A DNA stretch of 64,000 nucleotides from NCBI GenBank assembly GCA_022776305.1, contig JALFIB010000216.1:12-64011 (forward strand). Direction: 5' to 3'. The translations under genes were made by a program, and so were the position numbers. Of the stretch, positions 59,253-64,000 are shown piece after piece. The notes beneath the pieces are model-generated. The model saw only the letters and a program-made list of their open reading frames with translations. It had not been told where the DNA came from and did no database searches. Numbering within the stretch: position 1 is the stretch's first letter; each line of letters begins with the position of its first letter. The DNA comes from Lachnospiraceae bacterium (lineage in GTDB: Bacteria; Bacillota; Clostridia; Lachnospirales; Lachnospiraceae).

Positions 59253-60629
59253 TTATTTTCCAAGGAGGTTTTCCCCGATTTTAACCACGTCTCCGGCACC
59301 CATAGTTATCAACAAGTCGCCGGGGATACATTTTTCTAATAAAAATGTTTCGATCTCATCAAAAGTCGGGAAATAATAGGCTTCTTTTCCAAGATCAGAC
59401 AGTTTTTGCCGGAGTGTGTCTGAACTGATCCCCAGTGTGTCTGTCTCACGGGCGGCATAAATGTCAGCAAGAACAATGATGTCAGCCAGAGAGAGGGCAT
59501 CTGCAAATTGGTCCATCAGCGCTTTTGTACGTGTGTACGTGTGAGGCTGGAATACGCAGACGATACGCTTGCAGGGATATTTTCTGGCAGCACATAGGGT
59601 GGCCTTGATCTCCGTGGGATGGTGGGCATAATCATCAATAATGGTCACACCGCCGATCTCTCCCTTTTTCTGGAACCTGCGGTCTGTTCCCGTAAAGCTT
59701 AAAATACCTGATGCCATCACAGAGGCAGGTACTTCTAAAAGGTCGCCGGCTGTCAGGGCAGCAGCGGCATTTAAGATGTTGTGCTCGCCGGGGACGGAAA
59801 GCTCAAAATGGCCGAGAAGGTCTTCTCTATGATAGAAGTCAAAACAACCGAAACCGTCTTTATTATAGGAGACATTTGCAGCACGGTAATCGCCCTTTTC
59901 CATACCGAAGGTGACCACGCGGCAGTCCAGCCCTTCCGTGATCTCATCGATGTGAGGAATATCTGCATTTACGATCAAGACCCCGCCTTTCGGGATCCTT
60001 TCTGAAAATAGGCGGAAGGAATGGCGGATATCATCCAGATCTTTAAAGAAATCAAGATGGTCTGCGTCAATATTCAGGATAATTCCCATAGTGGGGAAAA
60101 GCTCTAAAAAGCTGTTGGTGTACTCACACGCCTCCGTCAGGAAATATTCTGACTTGCCGATACGGACATTTCCTCCGATGGACTGCAGGATACCGCCTAC
60201 GGAAATGGTGGGGTCAAGGTCTGCCGCCATCATAATGTGGGACAACATAGAAGTGGTGGTGGTCTTTCCGTGTGTTCCGGCAACCGCCACAGCTGTCTCA
60301 TAATTCCTCATCAGCTCTCCCAACAGCTGGGCGCGGGTGAGCATAGGGATATTCTTTTCCAATACTGCTTTGTACTCCGGATTGTCCGGATGGATGGCTG
60401 CTGTATAGACTACCACATCAATCCCTTCTGAGATGTTCTTCTCAGATTGAGGATAAGAGATGTGCGCGCCTAAACCCTCTAACCACAGGGTAAGTTCGCT
60501 TTTTTTTGCATCGGATCCGCTTACTGTGAAACCACGTTTTAAGAGGACGGCTGCAAGGCCGCTCATGCTGATTCCGCCGATGCCGATAAAATGGATATGT
60601 ACCGGCTGGTCATAATTTATCTGATACAT
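59253..60629 (-). CDS. murC: UDP-N-acetylmuramate--L-alanine ligase
   Basis: HFIGIGGISMSG, AGTHGKTTT, EACEY, DDYAHHPTE, FQPHTYTRT. Confidence 0.97.
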   Translation of the reverse strand: MYQINYDQPVHIHFIGIGGISMSGLAAVLLKRGFTVSGSDAKKSELTLWLEGLGAHISYPQSEKNISEGIDVVVYTAAIHPDNPEYKAVLEKNIPMLTRAQLLGELMRNYETAVAVAGTHGKTTTTSMLSHIMMAADLDPTISVGGILQSIGGNVRIGKSEYFLTEACEYTNSFLELFPTMGIILNIDADHLDFFKDLDDIRHSFRLFSERIPKGGVLIVNADIPHIDEITEGLDCRVVTFGMEKGDYRAANVSYNKDGFGCFDFYHREDLLGHFELSVPGEHNILNAAAALTAGDLLEVPASVMASGILSFTGTDRRFQKKGEIGGVTIIDDYAHHPTEIKATLCAARKYPCKRIVCVFQPHTYTRTKALMDQFADALSLADIIVLADIYAARETDTLGISSDTLRQKLSDLGKEAYYFPTFDEIETFLLEKCIPGDLLITMGAGDVVKIGENLLGK

Positions 60630-60670
60630 AATGGAAGATCTCCTTATTTTTAAATTTTTGATTTACGTAC

Positions 60671-60699
60671 AGTATACTATTTTCACAATAAAATTCCAA
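60671..60699 (-). promoter_or_regulatory. Putative sigma-70 promoter of murC
   Basis: Minus strand TTGGAA-17 bp-TATACT. Confidence 0.55.
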
Positions 60700-60928
60700 G
60701 GTTTTTCTAAAAGTTATGGATCGGAAGCAGCAAATCCTTTGGCGAAAAAAGGAAGAATTTGCCGTTTCCTCTGGAAGAAAACGTCGAAAATGGTAAAAAT
60801 ATACAAAAAAATATACAGTAAAAACGAAAAATAACGCAAAATTTTGAAAGGTACGAAAACTAAAAGGGAAAGTTTAAGATAAATATGATAAAAAATCCAA
60901 ATTTAAAAAGAAAATATTGTAAAAAATG

Positions 60929-60957
60929 TTCACTATTTAAATAAGCTGTGCTATAAT
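60929..60957 (+). promoter_or_regulatory. Putative sigma-70 promoter of glgCD
   Basis: TTCACT-17 bp-TATAAT with extended -10 TG. Confidence 0.65.
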
Positions 60958-60990
60958 GAGTTAAATTACTAAACAGCAAGAGGTGATAGC

Positions 60991-62265
60991 GTGATAAAAA
61001 AAGAAATGATAGCTATGCTTTTAGCAGGCGGACAAGGAAGCCGTCTCGGCGTACTGACAGCAAAGGTTGCAAAGCCTGCTGTTGCCTTCGGCGGCAAATA
61101 TCGCATTATCGACTTCCCCTTGAGCAACTGCATTAACTCAGGTATTGATACGGTGGGTGTTCTGACACAGTACCAGCCTTTACGGCTGAATACCCATATC
61201 GGCATTGGTATCCCGTGGGATCTCGATAAGAATGTTGGCGGAGTTTCCGTACTTCCACCCTATGAAAAAGTAGGGAAGACAGAATGGTATACCGGTACGG
61301 CAAATGCCATTTACCAGAATCTGGCTTATATGGAGTCGTTTAACCCTGATTACGTGTTGATCTTGTCAGGAGATCATATTTATAAAATGGACTACGAAGT
61401 GATGCTTGATTTCCACAAAGCCCACGGCGCTGACGTGAGTATTGCGGTTATGCCGGTTCCCATGGAGGAAGCCAGCCGCTTTGGCATTGTTGTGGCAGAT
61501 GACAACGGAAAGATCCTTGAATTTCAGGAAAAACCAAAGGAGCCAAAGAGCAATCTGGCATCCATGGGTATTTACATATTCACCTGGCAGGCCTTAAAAG
61601 AGGCCTTGATCACTTTGCAGGACCAGAGCAACTGTGATTTCGGAAAACATGTGATCCCCTACTGCCACGAAAAAGGGGAGACGCTGGTGGCTTATGAGTA
61701 CAATGGCTACTGGAAAGACGTAGGAACACTGGGATCCTACTGGGAAGCAAACATGGAATTGATCGATATCATTCCTGAGTTCAACCTCTATGAAGAGTTC
61801 TGGAAGATCTACACGAAGAATGATATCCTGCCTCCACAGTACGTATCGGCAGATGCCGTCATTGAGAAAAGCTTGGTGGGAGACGGCACTGAGATATACG
61901 GAGAAGTTTACAGCTCCATCATCGGATGCGGGGTTGTGATCGAAGAGGGGGCTGTAGTCCGTGATTCCATTATTATGCAGAATACAGTCATCAAAGCAGG
62001 TGCAGTAATCAATAAATCCATCGTGGCGGAAAATGCTGTGATCGGCGAGCGCGCCCAGCTTGGGGTAGGCGAGGAGGTTCCAAACAAAGTAAAGCCTGCT
62101 GTATACGCATTTGGGCTTGCTGTGATCGGAGAAAATGCAGTGATCCCGCCGGATGTGCAGATTGGAAAGAATACGGCAGTGACCGGCGTGACCGTGCCGG
62201 AAGACTACCCGGATGGCATACTGGCAAGCGGAGAGATATTAGATAAGGCAGGTGACGTGCAGTGA
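60991..62265 (+). CDS. glgC: Glucose-1-phosphate adenylyltransferase
   Basis: [48 protein letters not shown]. Confidence 0.96.
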   Translation: MIKKEMIAMLLAGGQGSRLGVLTAKVAKPAVAFGGKYRIIDFPLSNCINSGIDTVGVLTQYQPLRLNTHIGIGIPWDLDKNVGGVSVLPPYEKVGKTEWYTGTANAIYQNLAYMESFNPDYVLILSGDHIYKMDYEVMLDFHKAHGADVSIAVMPVPMEEASRFGIVVADDNGKILEFQEKPKEPKSNLASMGIYIFTWQALKEALITLQDQSNCDFGKHVIPYCHEKGETLVAYEYNGYWKDVGTLGSYWEANMELIDIIPEFNLYEEFWKIYTKNDILPPQYVSADAVIEKSLVGDGTEIYGEVYSSIIGCGVVIEEGAVVRDSIIMQNTVIKAGAVINKSIVAENAVIGERAQLGVGEEVPNKVKPAVYAFGLAVIGENAVIPPDVQIGKNTAVTGVTVPEDYPDGILASGEILDKAGDVQ

Positions 62266-63380
62266 GAGCAGTAGGTATGATTTTAGCTGGTGGAAACAGC
62301 TTCAGAATGAAAGAATTATCCAATAAAAGGGCCATCGCTGCCATGCCCATTGCCGGCAGCTTCCGCAGTATCGATTTTGCCCTGAGCAGCATGTCAAACT
62401 CCAACATCCAAAAGGTTGCGGTGCTGACGCAGTATAATTCCAGATCTTTAAACCAGCATCTGAGTTCGTCAAAATGGTGGAATTTCGGCAGAAAACAAGG
62501 CGGATTATTTGTATTCCCGCCCATGGTCACATCAGACAATGATTTCTGGTACAGAGGTACGGCTGATGCCATCCACCAGAACCTTGATTTCCTGAAACAG
62601 TGCCATGAACCGTACGTAGTGATCGCTTCCGGAGACGGAGTGTACAAGCTGGATTATGCAAAGGTGTTGGAATACCACATTGCGAAAAAAGCAGACATTA
62701 CAGTGGTATGCAAAGACGTTCCGTCTACGGAAGATGTGACAAGGTTTGGACTGTTAAAGATGAACGATGACGGCAGGGTCATCCAGTTTGATGAGAAGCC
62801 CATGGCAGCATCCTCCCACACCATTTCCTGTGGTATTTATGTGATCCGCAGGCGCCAGCTCATCGAGCTGATCGAGAAATCCATCGAAGAAGGACGCCAT
62901 GATTTTGTAAAGGACGTTTTGATCCGCTACAAAGATGTGAAACGCATTTACGGCTATAAGCTGCAGGAGTACTGGAGCAATATCGCTTCTGTGGAGTCTT
63001 ATTACCAGACCAATATGGATTTCCTGAAAAAAGAAGTCCGGGATTATTTCTTCAGGGAATATCCGGATGTTCACTCAAAAGTAGATGACAATCCTCCCGC
63101 AAAATACAATCCGGGCAGCAAGGTAAAGAACTGCCTTGTGGCAAATGGATGTATTATCAACGGTTACATAGAAAATTCCGTGATTTTCAAAAAAGTATTT
63201 GTAGGCGAGAACTGTGTCATCAAAAATTCAGTTATTCTGAATGATGTCTATTTAGGTGACAATGTTTATATTGAGAACTGTATCGTGGAAAGCAGGGATA
63301 CGATCCGTGCAAACTCCCGATACGTTGGCGAAGGCGGAGTGAAGATCGTCATAGAATCAAACGAACGGTACGTTCTTTAA
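62262..63380 (+). CDS. glgD: Glucose-1-phosphate adenylyltransferase subunit GlgD
   Basis: Degenerate GlgC paralog whose start overlaps the glgC stop. Confidence 0.93.
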   Translation: MRAVGMILAGGNSFRMKELSNKRAIAAMPIAGSFRSIDFALSSMSNSNIQKVAVLTQYNSRSLNQHLSSSKWWNFGRKQGGLFVFPPMVTSDNDFWYRGTADAIHQNLDFLKQCHEPYVVIASGDGVYKLDYAKVLEYHIAKKADITVVCKDVPSTEDVTRFGLLKMNDDGRVIQFDEKPMAASSHTISCGIYVIRRRQLIELIEKSIEEGRHDFVKDVLIRYKDVKRIYGYKLQEYWSNIASVESYYQTNMDFLKKEVRDYFFREYPDVHSKVDDNPPAKYNPGSKVKNCLVANGCIINGYIENSVIFKKVFVGENCVIKNSVILNDVYLGDNVYIENCIVESRDTIRANSRYVGEGGVKIVIESNERYVL

Positions 63381-63501
63381 CCTAATCAGTTATTCGGTTA
63401 TGAGCAAGTAGAGAAGCGGATTGCGAATAACCGCTTGATCCGAATCAAGTAAGAAAAATGAAATAAAAGAGAGAAAAAATGGAACTACGGGGGACAGACA
63501 A

Positions 63502-63774
63502 ATGACCATTACAGACGTAAGAGTAAGAAAAGTCGCAAAAGAAGGAAAAATGAAAGCAGTTGTTTCTATCACATTGGATGATGAGTTTGTGGTACATGAC
63601 ATCAAGGTGATTGAAGGCGAAAAGGGGCTGTTCATCGCAATGCCCAGCCGCAAAGCAGCAGACGGGGAGTACCGCGATATTGCACACCCCATCAACTCAG
63701 TGACCAGAGAAAAGATCCAGAATATTATTTTGGGTGAATATGAAAAAGCTGCTGCTGAAATAACGGAGGAGTAA
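63502..63774 (+). CDS. spoVG: Septation regulator SpoVG
   Basis: [31 protein letters not shown]. Confidence 0.96.
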   Translation: MTITDVRVRKVAKEGKMKAVVSITLDDEFVVHDIKVIEGEKGLFIAMPSRKAADGEYRDIAHPINSVTREKIQNIILGEYEKAAAEITEE

Positions 63775-63855
63775 AAAAGCGAATCATAAAGTGTATAGCT
63801 AAAGCATGAAGTGTAAAAGTGAAGCACAAAAGTGAAGTTAAAATATGAAGCATAG

Positions 63856-63905
63856 AAATGCCGCACTTGCCCGGGACTTGGTCCAGTTGCAGGTGCGGCA
63901 TTTTT
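63856..63905 (+). terminator. Intrinsic terminator after spoVG
   Basis: AAATGCCGCACTTGC...GCAGGTGCGGCATTTTT. Confidence 0.75.
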
Positions 63906-64000
63906 GGCCATAGCGTCATGAAAAACGTCTTTCTATGATTCTGTCAGGGCAGATTTATTTTTCTTTAATGTTTCCACAATAATATCCTGTACATAACGTC

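Noticed and set aside
63389-63450. Relative of the prfA repeat upstream of spoVG
   Set aside because: Only short similarity (AAGTAGAGAAGCG) and small stems; not supportable without an alignment
63805-63855. Short TGAAG repeats after spoVG and AAACAG repeats at 51243-51295
   Set aside because: Irregular low-complexity A-rich spacers with no consistent unit

Overview
This is a core-chromosome segment of a clostridial Firmicute; gene content and order suggest Lachnospiraceae (inference). About 55 CDSs lie mostly on the + strand. They include the tail of a cell-wall polysaccharide cluster (RffA-like aminotransferase, three GT2s, priming transferase, LCP ligase, glmS), clpX, a divergent rpoD, trkAH, an NlpC/P60 hydrolase, rho-rpmE-DUF1385-prmC-prfA and vitamin B6 salvage. 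Further on are GH2/galM/alsK, GSIII, a two-component system, a Zn-ribbon/DUF5685/J-domain operon, metY, mscL, a YhaO/YhaN-like pair with nfo, prs, a DnaD-domain/helicase-loader pair, murC, glgCD and spoVG. I saw no rRNA, tRNA, CRISPR array, transposase or prophage. Five observations stand out. (1) An unannotated MITE-like family has four copies with imperfect 17-bp terminal inverted repeats, copy-specific 7-8 bp flanking duplications and nested hairpins; every copy lies just after a stop codon in the sense orientation, two complete stop codons and one overlaps a ribosome-binding site. (2) A dense DnaA-box cluster lies upstream of the helicase-loader genes, with no dnaA in the window. (3) A sigma-70-like protein keeps the core-binding motif but lacks the promoter-melting residues and region 4. 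(4) The LCP protein has a prion-like G/Y/Q N-terminal tail. (5) A three-gene operon links an Asp-motif protein to a J-domain protein with a Cys-rich tail. Several CDS starts were moved from the ORF track to RBS-supported codons. All family calls come from motif recognition by eye, not database searches.
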